DNA of 62,919 nucleotides, filler included, from Bonamia ostreae (Eukaryota): NCBI GenBank assembly GCA_040357525.1. It is 33 parts of 33 records of this genome, joined end to end, with 100 filler letters (N's around TTAATTAATTAA, not from the genome) between each part and the next. Parts side by side here need not be neighbours in the genome. Positions count along the whole stretch, not along the records: positions 47,866 to 49,661 come from JBDODL010001316.1; positions 49,762 to 51,557 come from JBDODL010001317.1; positions 51,658 to 53,452 come from JBDODL010001318.1; positions 53,553 to 55,347 come from JBDODL010001319.1; positions 55,448 to 57,241 come from JBDODL010001320.1; positions 57,342 to 59,135 come from JBDODL010001321.1; positions 59,236 to 61,029 come from JBDODL010001322.1; positions 61,130 to 62,919 come from JBDODL010001323.1; 25 more parts are not named here. One strand, 5' to 3'. Shown piece by piece: positions 47,766 to 61,293 of this stretch (position 1 is its first letter; each line of letters starts with the position of its first letter). The notes under the pieces were generated by a model. It saw only the letters and a program-made list of their open reading frames with translations, ran no database searches and was not told where the DNA came from. The position numbers and the translations under genes were made by a program.

Positions 47766-49761
47766 NNNNNNNNNNNNNNNNNNNNNNNNNNNNNNNNNNN
47801 NNNNNNNNNTTAATTAATTAANNNNNNNNNNNNNNNNNNNNNNNNNNNNNNNNNNNNNNNNNNNNATCAAATTTCATGATCAAAATACAGTAAAACAAGG
47901 GTTTACCTGCTGGGCCCAACCACTGGGGGGACATACATGTGGTCCATATACACACTGTCTCTCAAACGGTCTAGATCCGCCCATGCTTATAAGGCAGTTT
48001 ACGTTTAAGAAGCACAGCAAACTGGTATGAGAAATAAGGCAGACCTGAATATTTTCAAAATTTGAATTGCAATGAATTGCAAAAAGAAATATGCTTTAGA
48101 AATTGGGTTAATATGTTAAATAGTATATTGATAATCAACAATGACATACCCCAGATTGCTATCACGTGATACTAACGATGTTATTGTTGGTTGGCTGCGC
48201 TGTACATGTATGTCACTCTGATTTGCACGTCGTGGGTTTTTTACATATCAATGACCAAACTATACAAAAATATAATTATTTGCAGTTGTTATTGAAAACC
48301 TGAATAAGATCTATTTTATAAATTCGTTAATTGAATGAATAGCTGGAAAATCATAATCAGTTGCTTCTTTGTTTTCAAACTGTAAGTCTGGGGAGTATGA
48401 TCAAAACACAATACATGTTAAAACATAGCATGTTACATTTTTTATCTCTCAAGATTTCGCACGCCTTCATCACAGATTGTGGTTATTCGATGAGTCAATG
48501 GTCTTATTAAGAAATTATGATAAATCAACGAACGATATTACGTCATAAAAGTAATCGTTGTCGGAATGGAATTTGAATACATAGTAACAGCGCGATATTA
48601 TCTGGCCAGATAACCGGATCCCTCTTGTCTTGATATTATATTATAATAGGGTATGGACGCATGGTGGCCAGTCAACACTTGACTCAGAAAATAAATCCAT
48701 TATCAAAGAACCTAATGCAAGCAAATGAACGAATGATTTTATCAATGTTGACATCAACATAAAGAGTAGTCAAATACTCACAAATTACTGTTTCAGTTGA
48801 AAGAAAATAAAGGCATTATCTATTGATAAGAAACAAGTAATATGCAGACAGCTAATAAATCCAGGATATGATACGAAGGAAAAACACACGTGTCATCTGT
48901 CCATACAGTAATGCATCCTCCAAGACAAGGTCCGGTAACGTGATCACATACGTGAGTGTGATACAAAGACTGGGACATTCCCTCCATACCAGTCAATGTT
49001 ACAAGCTAAATTCGAAGAACAAAATACATCAAAGGGGTATGCCAACACCTGATATTATCAAGACGTTGCTTCTACTGCAGAAATAATGAAAACTTTATTT
49101 ATCGATAGGAATTAAATGAAATAGAAAAAGCAATCTTGACTTATCGATAGGAATTGAAACAATAAGCCCACAGGCATAATCTGCACATTGATAATGATGA
49201 TAATCATGCCAATGGTAACATTGAGATGGTCAGTCATTTCTAAATTATAGCCAATACATATTATATAACACAGAACACAAATTAGAATATATACATATAA
49301 ACATATAAATGCCTCTATACACACATGCATGCATCCATACATACAGGTACAAGTGATTAAATACACGTCAATACGAATATATGAAAACTAGAAGGGAGAC
49401 AACAAAAAGAAAAACTGTTTCTAAGTAGAAAAATAAGTATCACCATGGTGTTTTCATACAATAAAAGGCTGACACGGATGGTGACGATCTAGCATTTACA
49501 GACTGATAAGGTGCTGAAAGGAATGTTCAAATTGTGCAGTGTATTGATACATAGGGATCACTACTTAATTTGCATCATCAAGGAAGGTAATATATGAAAA
49601 TTAACTTAAGTGGTTGGTCATAGATATTTACACCACACAAATAAATATCCACAGTACATGTNNNNNNNNNNNNNNNNNNNNNNNNNNNNNNNNNNNNNNN
49701 NNNNNTTAATTAATTAANNNNNNNNNNNNNNNNNNNNNNNNNNNNNNNNNNNNNNNNNNNN

Positions 49762-51042
49762 ATCAGTTCCATTTTAAAAAAAAGCTGCTTGTCTTTTTTC
49801 GAAAAGTCGGGTTTAAAGTTTACGACAATAACATTTTGGCCCTTCGGCTCTTCCAAGTTTTTGAAGAAAACGTTACGAGCGACCTCTGGCACTCTTTTAA
49901 TGCGCCCTTCGTTTTTCTATTTTTAAAGTGAGCAATTATCGAAACTATTTCTCTAAAATTGCACATGTGTCTTGACAAATCTTTCTCCATTTTAAAGTAA
50001 AATATTTTATATTCCATCTTGTTTTCTTCTGCGATTTGAACAAACTCGTTCCGTTTCAGCGCCGTCGGATTTGTGTTGTCAATGACTATTTTCGATTTGA
50101 CCAATTCTAAACTTAAATTCAAAACTTTTTGCTTCTGTAACGCATCTGGAGTGTGTTCTGAACTCTTCCGTCGATATCAGAGAAAAGTCTTTAAAATACG
50201 TTTTGCAAAATGTTGATTTCCCCGATCCTTGAGGACCGCAAAGAATAACGAAATCGCACTTTTTAGCGCAATTTTCGATATCAAATTTTTCGTTGCTGAA
50301 TTTTGATTTTGGACATTTGTCCAAAAATTCGCGAGGATCTGGAGATCCCCAACTCCACTTATCTGTTGCGGGTTCGTCCAAGAAAAACTCTTCTGGAGTG
50401 AAAAATTTGACGTTGAGATTAGCAGCGAATTTTCTATCGCTTACTGAAAAATCTGCGTTTTTCCCTTTCCGCCAGTTTTTGATTCTGCCGGCCGCGTCTC
50501 CAACATAGAAACTGTTTGTTCTGTCAATGGGCATTTCTAAAATAAGTGGGGAAACCAGCGTTAAACCGAGTTTCCATTACGTTCCACATTTGCACGCTTG
50601 GTTTTCGGAACCAATTTTTCTCGGTCGAGACGAGAATCTGTATTTTCTTTATTTCTAACTTTTCGGATTGGTTTAGAATTGAAGAGAAACCTTATCGAAA
50701 AAAGTTTGGCATATTTGGACAAACTGGTTTTTTGCATCTCTTTTTTTTTGAAAACCACTTTGGTTCGTAAAAACGACGATTTTGAAGCTTTTTTAGTTTA
50801 AAATTTTACTCTTCGTCGGACAATTTTTTGAGTTTTTGGGGTACTTTTTCGTCCCAAAACATCAAATTTTCTTTAGTTTTCACAAAAAGCCCCTTTTTGG
50901 GTTTTATCAACGTCCAATCCAAGTCGAACGCGGCGACTTTGGTTGAAGTGTATTTTTTGTCGTTGGTCAAAACAAAGCACGTTTTGTCGTTTTTAAGTGC
51001 TGGGAACAATTTCAACACATTTTTATTATTTGAACAACCCAT
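49762..51042 (-). CDS. PNKP: Bifunctional polynucleotide kinase 3'-phosphatase
   Basis: VAAFDLDWTLI, VVFTNQSG, FRKP, FYVGDAAGR, SDRKFAAN..FFTPEEFFL, CGPQGSGKST, IVIDNTNP. Introns include 50537-50555 (19) and 50107-50125 (19). Confidence 0.95.
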
Positions 51043-51139
51043 CAAATTAGGATTTTCTGGATTTAATTATTTGTGATATAATTTTGTTTCCGAGGTTAAT
51101 GCCTCGCGGATTATAAATTGCTATCATTGTGTATAAAGA

Positions 51140-51557
51140 CGATCGTAATAGAAAAATATTCGCAAAAAATCCAAAATTGTATAAAAATGTCGCAAAAACA
51201 ACAAAAATCCATCGATCGCAAAAACAAAAACATTTTATACAATATTCGTAAAATCCAAAATTGTACTAAAATGTCTCGAAAAAATTGTCTCGAAAAAAAT
51301 GTCGCAAAAAATTGTTAAAAATGTCGCAAAAAAATTGTTGGAAAAAATTGTTAAAAATGTCGCAAAAAATTGTTGGAAAAAATTGTTAAAAATGTCGCAA
51401 AAAAATTGTCGCGAAAAAATTGTCGCAAAAAATTGTAAAAAATATCGCAAAAAAATTGTCGCAAAATATTGTTAAAAATGTCGCAAAAAAATTGTCGCAA
51501 AAAAATGTAAAAAATGTCGCAAAAAAATTGCCGCAAAAAATTTAAAAAATGTCGCAA
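51140..51557. repeat. Degenerate A-rich satellite (TGTCGCAAAAAAAT/TGTTAAAAA)
   Basis: Many copies of TGTCGCAAAA running to the contig end. Confidence 0.9.
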
Positions 51558-54500
51558 NNNNNNNNNNNNNNNNNNNNNNNNNNNNNNNNNNNNNNNNNNN
51601 NTTAATTAATTAANNNNNNNNNNNNNNNNNNNNNNNNNNNNNNNNNNNNNNNNNNNNGCAGTGTACTCACTACACCACAATGCCAAAGCTGATTTCAGTA
51701 ATCTCATACTCATAGAGTATGGCCGTGTTAATGCTGGCAAACAATTTGGATCAGCGATGAACCTCGATTTTTAATGCAGAAGTCTGATGGAGGACGCAGA
51801 GTGTATAGGCGCCAAAATAAACGTTTTGTGCAAACTAGTATCCATAAGTCTGACCGGTTTGGATGGATAATGTTGTGATATGAACAGTAATATCTAATGC
51901 AGGCAGGGTATCATTTGATTCACATAGAGGATATTTTGACGGCTCAACCGTATAGTGATGCAATCATACAACCACACGTGGTTCCAATGATGCAGCAACC
52001 CGGAGATGTACCCCAACATTACAACGCCAGATCACATGCTTTTCCTCTAACACGTGATGTTCTACAAAGACATAGTATCCAGGTTCTACTATGGTCATCC
52101 AAAGCAGATTTGAACTCTATCGAATATGATTAGGACAAATTTCACAGGTACATCCACTAAAGACAACTGCAGTCTTAAACTCTGCAACAACTGACCCGAG
52201 CTCTGCAGTTAGAGAGGAATAGCATCCCTGGATAGTTTTCAGATACTTCATGGGAAGGCGCTGTCAGGTAATCGGTGGTGATCGTGTGAGGCACACTAGA
52301 TATTGAACTTGGGTGGCCATGAACTATTAATGATTGTAATTACCATTAGTGACTGTAATGCTTTGGTTATCAACCCTGCGTTCACATCAGTTTTGTGTTA
52401 TCAATAAATCAATTACTAAGTATTCATAAAATGAATATAAAATCTAAATATGCGTTTCTTGATCGATATTTATTCAATTCATGTACATGTAATTGCTCGG
52501 ATTTTTCATAAGATTAGTGCATAAGTACTAGAGGTTTATTTCAAGTTTGTATGAATTATAAATCTACTGAAAGGTCTTGAAATGGCAAAGCTCTGTTATT
52601 CAGTGACCTTGGCTTTTAGTAACCGTTACTGGATGGCATAGTTTTATCCTGTGTAAATTGGCAGTAAAGCTTTGCATTTTGTGGAGAATGTGGTAATAAA
52701 TTGTTTATTGTAAAGAGAATATTCCAAGTTTAAGTATCCGGCATGTCACATGATCAGGTCATTTTGACATTTAACGTCGCTGTACATCTAGAGAATCAAA
52801 TATAATCTGCATGTGCAATTGTACAGAATTTTACTACAATATGTACTCGTGTAAATCATGTTTATACTAGGACAGTTAAGCTAAGATATATTCATATTAA
52901 CATGGTAAATTAAAACAAATGATACTACATAGGCACCAGCTTTTACATACACAACTTGCGTATACAGTGTAGTAACAAAATATTTTATCACGTTCGGTGT
53001 ATATGCATGTAAAGCAGCAACACTGTGTGTGCATGTATGCAGATAAACAACACAAAACATCATGTATTCACATATTGTTTACTCTACTTCAGAAGTGTTG
53101 TGTAAATAAAACACAGTAAATGGTATCTACTTGTTTGTTTACAACTTTGTTTTCATGTATTCACACATCATCATTCATAATTCCAAGTATTTATCTTGAT
53201 TTGTCCGGTTGCCCAGTTACACAGGTCACAACTTCAGGTCGTCTTTGTAATGTACATAGTAACACTGATTCCAACATAACAACAGACTCCCCCGCCTTCT
53301 TTCTAGTCACGATCCTATAATACATGTAGTCAATCCATGAGAACCTTATATTTTTTTTTTTACATAAGATAAAGACAGTTCTGAGATATCTTATACGAAA
53401 GGCGATGAAAAAGAATATTGATCAATGTATCATGATTCCTATGAGCAATACANNNNNNNNNNNNNNNNNNNNNNNNNNNNNNNNNNNNNNNNNNNNTTAA
53501 TTAATTAANNNNNNNNNNNNNNNNNNNNNNNNNNNNNNNNNNNNNNNNNNNNATTTATTGAAACTTTAAAAAAAAACTAATGTTATTATGTATATAAAAT
53601 CCAAGATGGTGCTCTAACGATGCCTGTGATCAAAACAAACAAACAAACAACAGGCAAAAGATTGGGCATACCCCTTGAATACAGTTCTAAACCGAACTCG
53701 AGAACAATTTCAGGATTTAAGATTGAAGAACAATACACCATTTGTTCCCCCAAATATATACCAGGTTATTAGTAAACAAGAAGACAGTGAGACAATTTTG
53801 CAATGCTTCTTCATTATCAGAGATATAAAGATCACTATTGCATTGAATTTATAGAGAGATGAGAGATGAAATATAAAGTGATTCTGTGGAACATGTAGAT
53901 AAAAACTTGAGAGAAACATTTTGGCAGATAGGAAAATCTAGGAAGGTATAAACTATTAATGGTGAGGGAATTGTAAGGAACTATAAGAAAAACAGTGTGA
54001 TACACAGAAAATGAGAGAGACAACATAAGTACCCAGAGTTAACAGAGAGAAGAAGGTAATGAGGCAGGAAAGAAAGAGTTAGTGAATACACCTGTCATAA
54101 GTGAGATAAGTGAAATAAAACAAAAGTAATCCAATAGTATCATTTATGGAGTATCAGGGTGCGTCCCAGAGACTAAAGACTTGGTCAGTAGATATGTAAA
54201 TAAATATGTGAGGAGTGTGAAGTGGTGGCTGAAAACTACGATCTTGCCAAATTAATTGATTCTCTCTGCGACTTACATGGAAGTTTTTTTTTCTAAGGGG
54301 TGGATCTATAGCTATCTGATCCGTCCCAATATGTTTTCAGAGAGTTAGAGTTCTGTAGCTAATTTGAAAACACACCAAATCAGAAAATTAGGTCATAAAA
54401 GGGAAATAGCTAACATATTTGTTGACCGTTTCAGCACTGTGGTCACCGTGGGCCCAAGGGAATGTGTAGCATCTCTCGAGCAAAGGATGACAAGCACTGC

Positions 54501-54802
54501 GTAGACATGTATACATAGCAATGAAGATAGTTTGATATTTCTGAAGGGTCTAATAATTGATGAACCAGTAATCGACAACATACAACTACCTAAAGTACTG
54601 TACTGAAGTACATTGACCAAGTTACTTTATTATATTCTGTTTGGCAGTCCTGTAGTTTAAGATAGCAAATGATGTTACACATTTATCTCTGACATTGGGA
54701 ATTCATAAGGTTGAATGATGCAATGCAACAAGTGATTTACGTACTTCTATGGCATTGAAAAAGTTTGCATTGAAACAAATAAAACTATATTTTTTTTCTC
54801 AG

Positions 54803-54946
54803 TTGATTGCTTGTCATCTTAGAGATCGCGAAGGCAAACTTCTACCAATACGATTATTTGACTGTAAAGGAATACATAACACTGAAACATTTGGAAAAGA
54901 AGAGATGCAACAAATCATAAGGGGTTATGTGAAACCACATGCAGAG
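54803..54946 (+). CDS. Host exon, interferon-induced protein 44-like (IFI44) GTPase
   Basis: LRDREGKLLPIRLFDCKGIH...MQQIIRGYVKP resembles IFI44 (IRD..GK.LPF.LCD..G.....I..G). Animal-type polypyrimidine-CAG acceptor and GTATGT donor. Confidence 0.6.
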
Positions 54947-55447
54947 GTATGTATGTTCTGTTATAGATTTACAACGACTCAACAACATCTCATTAAACAT
55001 ACAAAGTTAAAATCCGGGGTTTGTTTTGGATTTGGAAGTTAATGGTCGTAGTTGTCGCTCGTAATAAGCCTATTTTTTGTCTGCTGTACCTATCACCTAC
55101 AAGAATATATAATACTCTCACTTCAAGTGTAGAATGTTATCATTGATTTATATTGTCACGTCACGTCGAATACAGCATTGTGTGATGGCTGATACAAATA
55201 CTCATTCTTTGTAAAGCCATTCACGTTATTTCACATCACGACTTATTGCTGCGGGTGTCGGGAATAATGAATAATGAAAGATATCTAAACAGTAGCATCA
55301 GGAACACAAGCAACACCTTTTCAATCTGCAGGCAACGAATGACAAGGNNNNNNNNNNNNNNNNNNNNNNNNNNNNNNNNNNNNNNNNNNNNTTAATTAAT
55401 TAANNNNNNNNNNNNNNNNNNNNNNNNNNNNNNNNNNNNNNNNNNNN

Positions 55448-57100
55448 CATTCCAACATTGTTCAAATGCTCATTTTCAATGCGGTAAATGTTCCATTGAC
55501 AACGTCGCAAAATCTCGCAAAATGCGAGAAGAAATGTCATATAAAAATTGTTGTAAAATGTCTCGCCTTTGAACACCGGAACAAGTTGTAATGCCCTCAA
55601 AAACAAATTGGTCAAAATCGAAAAATAATAAAAGTAAATTGGAAAAATTATTTTGTCGCGGAGAAGACAGTTTTTTGAAGGATATCTAAATAAACTCCAA
55701 TCGACTATTAAATCCCACGTTGTCTAATTTTATTAAATTTTCATTTTTGCGAATTGATTTTTAACTAAATTTAACTAAAATTATCCAAACAGTGTAAATC
55801 GAACTGTAAATTCCAAAAATAATGTTTGCCAACCTCGATCCATTGTCTTTTGGACATTAAAATAAAAAATTTGTAAAAAACTCGGATAAATTTTTCTAAC
55901 GACTCCAGAAACGGCATAGAAAATAACAGAAATGTACTTTCCAGCGTTGGCGAGATGCGGAAAAGGCAAATTCGACTCGAAATATCTCTTAATGCACTGA
56001 GCCGCTCTCACAAAAAACGGAACATAAGACAATAAATAACTTATCCAATTGTTTTTGCCAATTTGGTTGCAAATTTGACTGTCTTTCAATTTTCAAACAT
56101 TTTAAATTTTGATATCCAAAAATTGGCAAATTATAAAAAAGTATTTTTGTAATTAAAAAAATTTTAAAATATTTTTCCCTTCAAACGAATTTAAAAAAAT
56201 TGCTTTGAAAAATTTGATTTTGTTGAACCGTATTTAGAAGTAGCAAAATCTCCACTGAAGAAATAGCAAATGCTGTAATTGAAATCCATTAAAATTCGTT
56301 GATAAGAAATAAATTGGTCCATTATGAAAAAATCGATAAATTTTATCTATTTTCAAAATTGTCAAATAACAAAAATTCGAAAAAATTGTAATTTTCAAAA
56401 AAATTTGGAAACATTGTGAAACGGTAAGCTGAAGACACTTTGGAACACTTTGATGAGATAAAATCTTGCGTTGTGGTACAAAAATTTGAACGGATTGAAT
56501 AAACAGAAGACCAAAGCGATAAAATAAACGAGTGCGAAAATGTTTTGGAAAATGAATTTTGTCCCGAAAGTTAAACCGATTATCACAACTCCGTTCAAAA
56601 GAAACAACGACGAAAAAGCTATTGACACTCCCGTCTTTTGTTGTTGCAATGAAGGGATTAATTTTGTTAAGTACTCTCGATTTTTGTTGTGAAAATGACA
56701 ATTTTGTTAAGTGCTTAATCGATAAAAACGAGGATAATCTGTTGAGACAGTAATCTGTTTTTCGGAGCGACTTGCATCACAAAATGGTAATTGACTTGAT
56801 ATCTCTCAAGAACAATTTTGTCGATTCCCCAAAAGAAAATGTGCACTGAAACCAAACCGAAAAACCTGTAAACTGGCAAATTAGCTTCGTAAATTTCTTT
56901 CGCTGTCATATCCGCTGACACTTTTCTCTTGTTAAGACATGAGCAACAAAAAATGTGACAGTAAAGCAAATGAATCGATATTTTATGTAACAATAAAATG
57001 GTGGAATTAAAACAGTTAATTGAAAGAATAGAAGAATAAGAAGGGATACGACAAAGCCAAGTATTAATCCGTTTGCCAAATTTAGTTGATTTGAAACTTT
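55448..57100 (-). CDS. EXS-domain phosphate exporter, XPR1/SYG1/PHO1-like (partial)
   Basis: RYQVNYHFVMQ, PFFVRAAQCIKRY, PHLANAGKY, WDLIVDWSL, EILRRCQWNIYRIENEHLNNVG. Confidence 0.9.
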
Positions 57101-58253
57101 TCTTTTCTTTGTTGAAATTTGTTGTTTTCCGCGTTTTCTGTCGCCGTTTGCGTAAAAGCAAATGTAAATGTTCTGTTTTTTTTTTTAATTTTAGTTTTTG
57201 TGAAGAAACGACAAAAATAACAAATTTTAGTTTTTGTGAAGNNNNNNNNNNNNNNNNNNNNNNNNNNNNNNNNNNNNNNNNNNNNTTAATTAATTAANNN
57301 NNNNNNNNNNNNNNNNNNNNNNNNNNNNNNNNNNNNNNNNNCTGTTTATGCAAAGAATATACAAAATAAAATGTCTGCGGCTCTCAAAATACCTGTTTCG
57401 ATAACAAAAAGATTGCATTTTAAATGAATTGACGCATTTTGTAAGTTTTTCCCAAATTTAAAAACATTTCGATTTTATAAATTTTGTTCATTTTGAATAT
57501 TTTGTAATTTTATGTCATTTTTGTTCATTTTGAATATTTTCCAATTTTTACGTTATTTTTGTTCATTTTGAACATTTTTCAACTTTTATTTTGTTTTTGT
57601 TTGATTTTTATAGCTCAGACATTCAAATCAGGAGTTTAGATAAACCTGCATCTCCCGTCTTATTTATATTAATAATTCCATTATTTTTGCTCTATTTAAG
57701 ATAAGATGTAAAAATTCGTAATAAAATTTATATTTATCAGTTACACTCGATTTATTGACAATATCCAAAATATTATTTTTTGGTAAATTTCATATTTTTT
57801 ATTTTACTACTATTATTTACATTATTTATTTAGATAATTAATTGATTTAAATTTACATTGGTTTTTTATTAATTAATAGATTTACATGTTCGTCAACTTT
57901 TAATAAGATTTTTACAATTTGTGGCAATTAAAGAATTTTTTAATTTAATTACGTTATTGTTTTGCAATAAACCCAATATAAAGAATAAATTATAATAGTT
58001 CATTCTTTAATTTTCAATTTTAATAATTTTTAAACTATTTTTTGTAGATATTGAAAAAAGATCCAAGTTCTTAAGAGTCATATGATTACAAATGTCATAG
58101 TTTTCCTATGATTTTTCAATTGCTATAATTACCAATGTTTCTAATTTGCTACATAAAGAGTTTTCTTTGGAAAAGTTCAGGCCGAAACGAAGGATTTAAT
58201 AACCGTAAATTGGATTGTTAATTTTCTCCAAATCATCGAAAAATGAACACATT

Positions 58254-59090
58254 TTATTTACTGCGAACTAGTTGCACAGTTATCGAAATAACAGTGAAGA
58301 CAAAAATAACAGCTGCAAAACTTACGAACGGTATGAAATATTTTGATTTGATCACAAAATCTTTCGTATCCCTTAAAAACCGAACATAAGTCATAATAAG
58401 TGATCCGTTTCTGATATAGTTTAAAAATTTTTCTATCGAATTTCTTGTTTCTGTAGAAACCAAAATAGGGTCATGTGACTCGACTTTTGACATCATGTAG
58501 TTCTTATTCGTATTTTTTATTTTTTGTGCGGTTAATGTTAATCCGAATCCTCCAAGAATTGTTTTGGTAAGATAAACTGTCATTTTAAAGGCTAATGCAG
58601 TACCACGCGTTAAATGAAACAACTCGTAGTGAAAATCTGCCTCAGAAGTTGCAAAAATCAAAGCTAATCTTGCATCTGGAAATGCACTGCCAAGTATATC
58701 AGATAGCTCTCCTGGATTGTTACAACTAGATGTTAATATAAAACTCTGAATTGTTATTCGTAACTTCCGACTTTAAAATTTATTAAATTTATTTCAAAGT
58801 TTGATAATCTGCAAGATTATTTTTACATAAAACTGATTATCTTGTTAAAGGACATATCTAAAAACATCTTTATCCAAAAATACAAAAGGGCCTGGCAAAA
58901 TGACGACGCCAAAATTTTGCCTTCCAAATGAATTCGCTTCTACAACATGACTCATTATCGCAGCCCTTGTTTTTTCAATACGGTCTTGATGCAGACAATA
59001 AGTTACGATTTGTAGACTAATGGCTACCTCTAGTGTGTATGGCTTGACGCAATGAAGTAACAGAATTGTTATTGCCAGAAGTCCTTTCAT
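58254..59090 (-). CDS. Hypothetical type-I membrane or surface protein
   Basis: Signal peptide MKGLLAITILLLHCVKP and a C-terminal TM helix FIPFVSFAAVIFVFTVISITV. One intron near 58773-58852. Confidence 0.55.
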
Positions 59091-59289
59091 TAGTTTTTTA
59101 TTTTGTTTTTGTGTAAATTTTGTGTAAATTTTGATNNNNNNNNNNNNNNNNNNNNNNNNNNNNNNNNNNNNNNNNNNNNTTAATTAATTAANNNNNNNNN
59201 NNNNNNNNNNNNNNNNNNNNNNNNNNNNNNNNNNNTTTTAAATGAATTGATCATTACCAAAACGACAAAATTAAATTTCCTCGAAAAAG

Positions 59290-60387
59290 TACATATCAAG
59301 AACAGTCCAAAAACGATTTCCGGAAGAAACTAAAAAACTCGAAACAGAATTAGCTTCGTCTCAAGATTTAGCCACAGCTCTCCCTCTAAACGAACTCAAA
59401 TCTCTCTTCTCAAAACTCAAACGTGATTTCAAAGAAATCGAAAAAAATGCGGCAAACGTCGACATCTCAGCGGCAAACGACAATCTTCAAGAACGCGCCA
59501 CTGCTCTCGTCGCCCAAGTCTCCTCCGAATTTTCTCGTCTCGATAAACTAGAAATTAAAATGAGCGCTATTTTCGAAAAAGTGAAAAAGTATTTCGGAGC
59601 AACAACATTTGACGAAAGCAATTCAAATGAGCTTTTTGAGTTCTTCCAGATATTTTACGGCGAGTTCCGAGCGTCGTTGCCGGTAGAAAAGAAGAGAGAA
59701 GGAAAAATAAAGATATTGAAGAAGAAAGTGAAGAACATATTGAAGGGAGCGACTGAAAAAAAGAGTGAGAACAATGACGAGAAAAAAGAAAAAGGAGAAA
59801 AGAAAATAGTTAAAGTTGTGAGAAAAGTCAAAAAGTTTTTAGCGTTCGAACACAATTTTTGTTAATGACTTAATTTAGTTTTTTTGTTATTGACTTAATT
59901 TAGTTTTTTTGTTAATGACTTAATTTAGTTTTTTTGTTAATGACTTAATTTAGTTTTTTTGTTAATGGCGTAATTGGTTTATTACGTAATTGGTTTATTT
60001 TTAAACACGTTTAAAAATGTTTATAAAGGAAAAAACGTGTGAACAAGAAACCGAAAGGGCCTACAATGCAAGAAGTAATAAAAGAAGCAGCGGAAAAGTT
60101 GAAAAAATATAAATTTAAAATAGACGAAAAAATGTTAAAACGACAGAAGAAGATATCGCTAAAAGAGAAAAGGAAATTAAAGATTTCAAAAATGTCAAAA
60201 AGTCAGAAAACGATGGAGAACAATGGAACAATGTTTAAATAATACTCGATTTCAGAAAAATTTTTAAAGCAAATTTGGTCAATTGAAATAAAATTTAAAG
60301 TTACAAACAACTTTGAAACTTGAACAAAAGGGGTTTGAACCAGAAGAGCGAGAGAATTCAAAAGACTCTGAATCTGACTGGGAATAA
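59290..60387 (+). CDS. Formin: FH2 C-terminal part plus basic and acidic tail (5' partial)
   Basis: YISRTVQKRFPE...ND.LQER...MSAIFEKVKKYFG...ELFEFFQIFYGEFRA is an FH2-type end. Terminal exons join via 23-nt introns at 60233-60255 and 60278-60300. Confidence 0.75.
59857..59966. repeat. 25-nt tandem repeat, about 4 copies, in a formin intron
   Basis: GTTAATGACTTAATTTAGTTTTTTT at 59861, 59886, 59911 and 59936. Confidence 0.95.
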
Positions 60388-60628
60388 ATTTTTCACAATT
60401 TTTCCTTTTTTAAAATAATTACAATTTTTTTTAATTTTATAAATTTGAAATTGAGTTTACAAAAGTTGCTTTTACTTTATTTTCTTTAAACAGTGAAAAT
60501 GCTTTTTATTCAAAATTATTTTTTAATTTAAAAAACAACTGAAAATATTTGATAGAAAAAAATTTGGCTGCGAATTTCGAGAAAATATTCAAATTGAAAA
60601 AGCCAATTAGACAAATCCTATTTAAAAA

Positions 60629-61029
60629 ATGTATTTCAATAATAACAATTTGAATTCTCAAAACAACAATGCTCACCATTTATCAAATAACTTTCCTCAA
60701 CAACTACTTTTGCAACAGCAACAACAACCAAATCAATCCCGCGAAAACATTAATGCTTTTTATCCTCGTCAAATGTTACATTCCAATCCAAATTTTGGTA
60801 ATTATCAAAATATTCAAGTTTGTAACAGAAATAACGGTTTCGATTATAACCAAAATTGTGGTCTAAGAAATCAAACTGGTTACGATTATAACGGTTACAA
60901 CAATTGCTATAATTGCAATAATGGCTACAATAACGGCTACAATAACCGTTACAATAATGCTTATATTGCCCATAGTAACAATTTGCAACAAACAACTCCT
61001 TTTTTGTTACCACAAAATTTAAACAATTG
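60629..61029 (+). CDS. N/Q/Y-rich low-complexity (prion-like) N-terminus of an unknown protein
   Basis: PolyQ and NNGY repeats; open to the contig end. Confidence 0.55.
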
Positions 61030-61129
61030 NNNNNNNNNNNNNNNNNNNNNNNNNNNNNNNNNNNNNNNNNNNNTTAATTAATTAANNNNNNNNNNNNNNN
61101 NNNNNNNNNNNNNNNNNNNNNNNNNNNNN

Positions 61130-61293
61130 TACCCGCTTATGGCCTTTGCACCCGGAGGAATCGTTATCGTTTCACATTTGTTGTGACACGGGCCTCTGTT
61201 TTTTGCGGTCTTGTCTGATGGACCACCCCATTTAATCACATTTACGACAAGAAAATGTACTGAAGACATATTCTTACCTAGATCCCTACGGGG
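61130..61293 (-). mobile_element. Degenerate oyster-type SINE (Meta-SINE-like)
   Basis: GGCCTTTG..GGAGG.ATC.TTATCGT..CACA..TG.TGTGACACGGG..GGACC.CCCCATT.A.TC...TTACGACA...GATCC.TACGGG matches, from memory, an abundant ostreid repeat. Confidence 0.65.
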
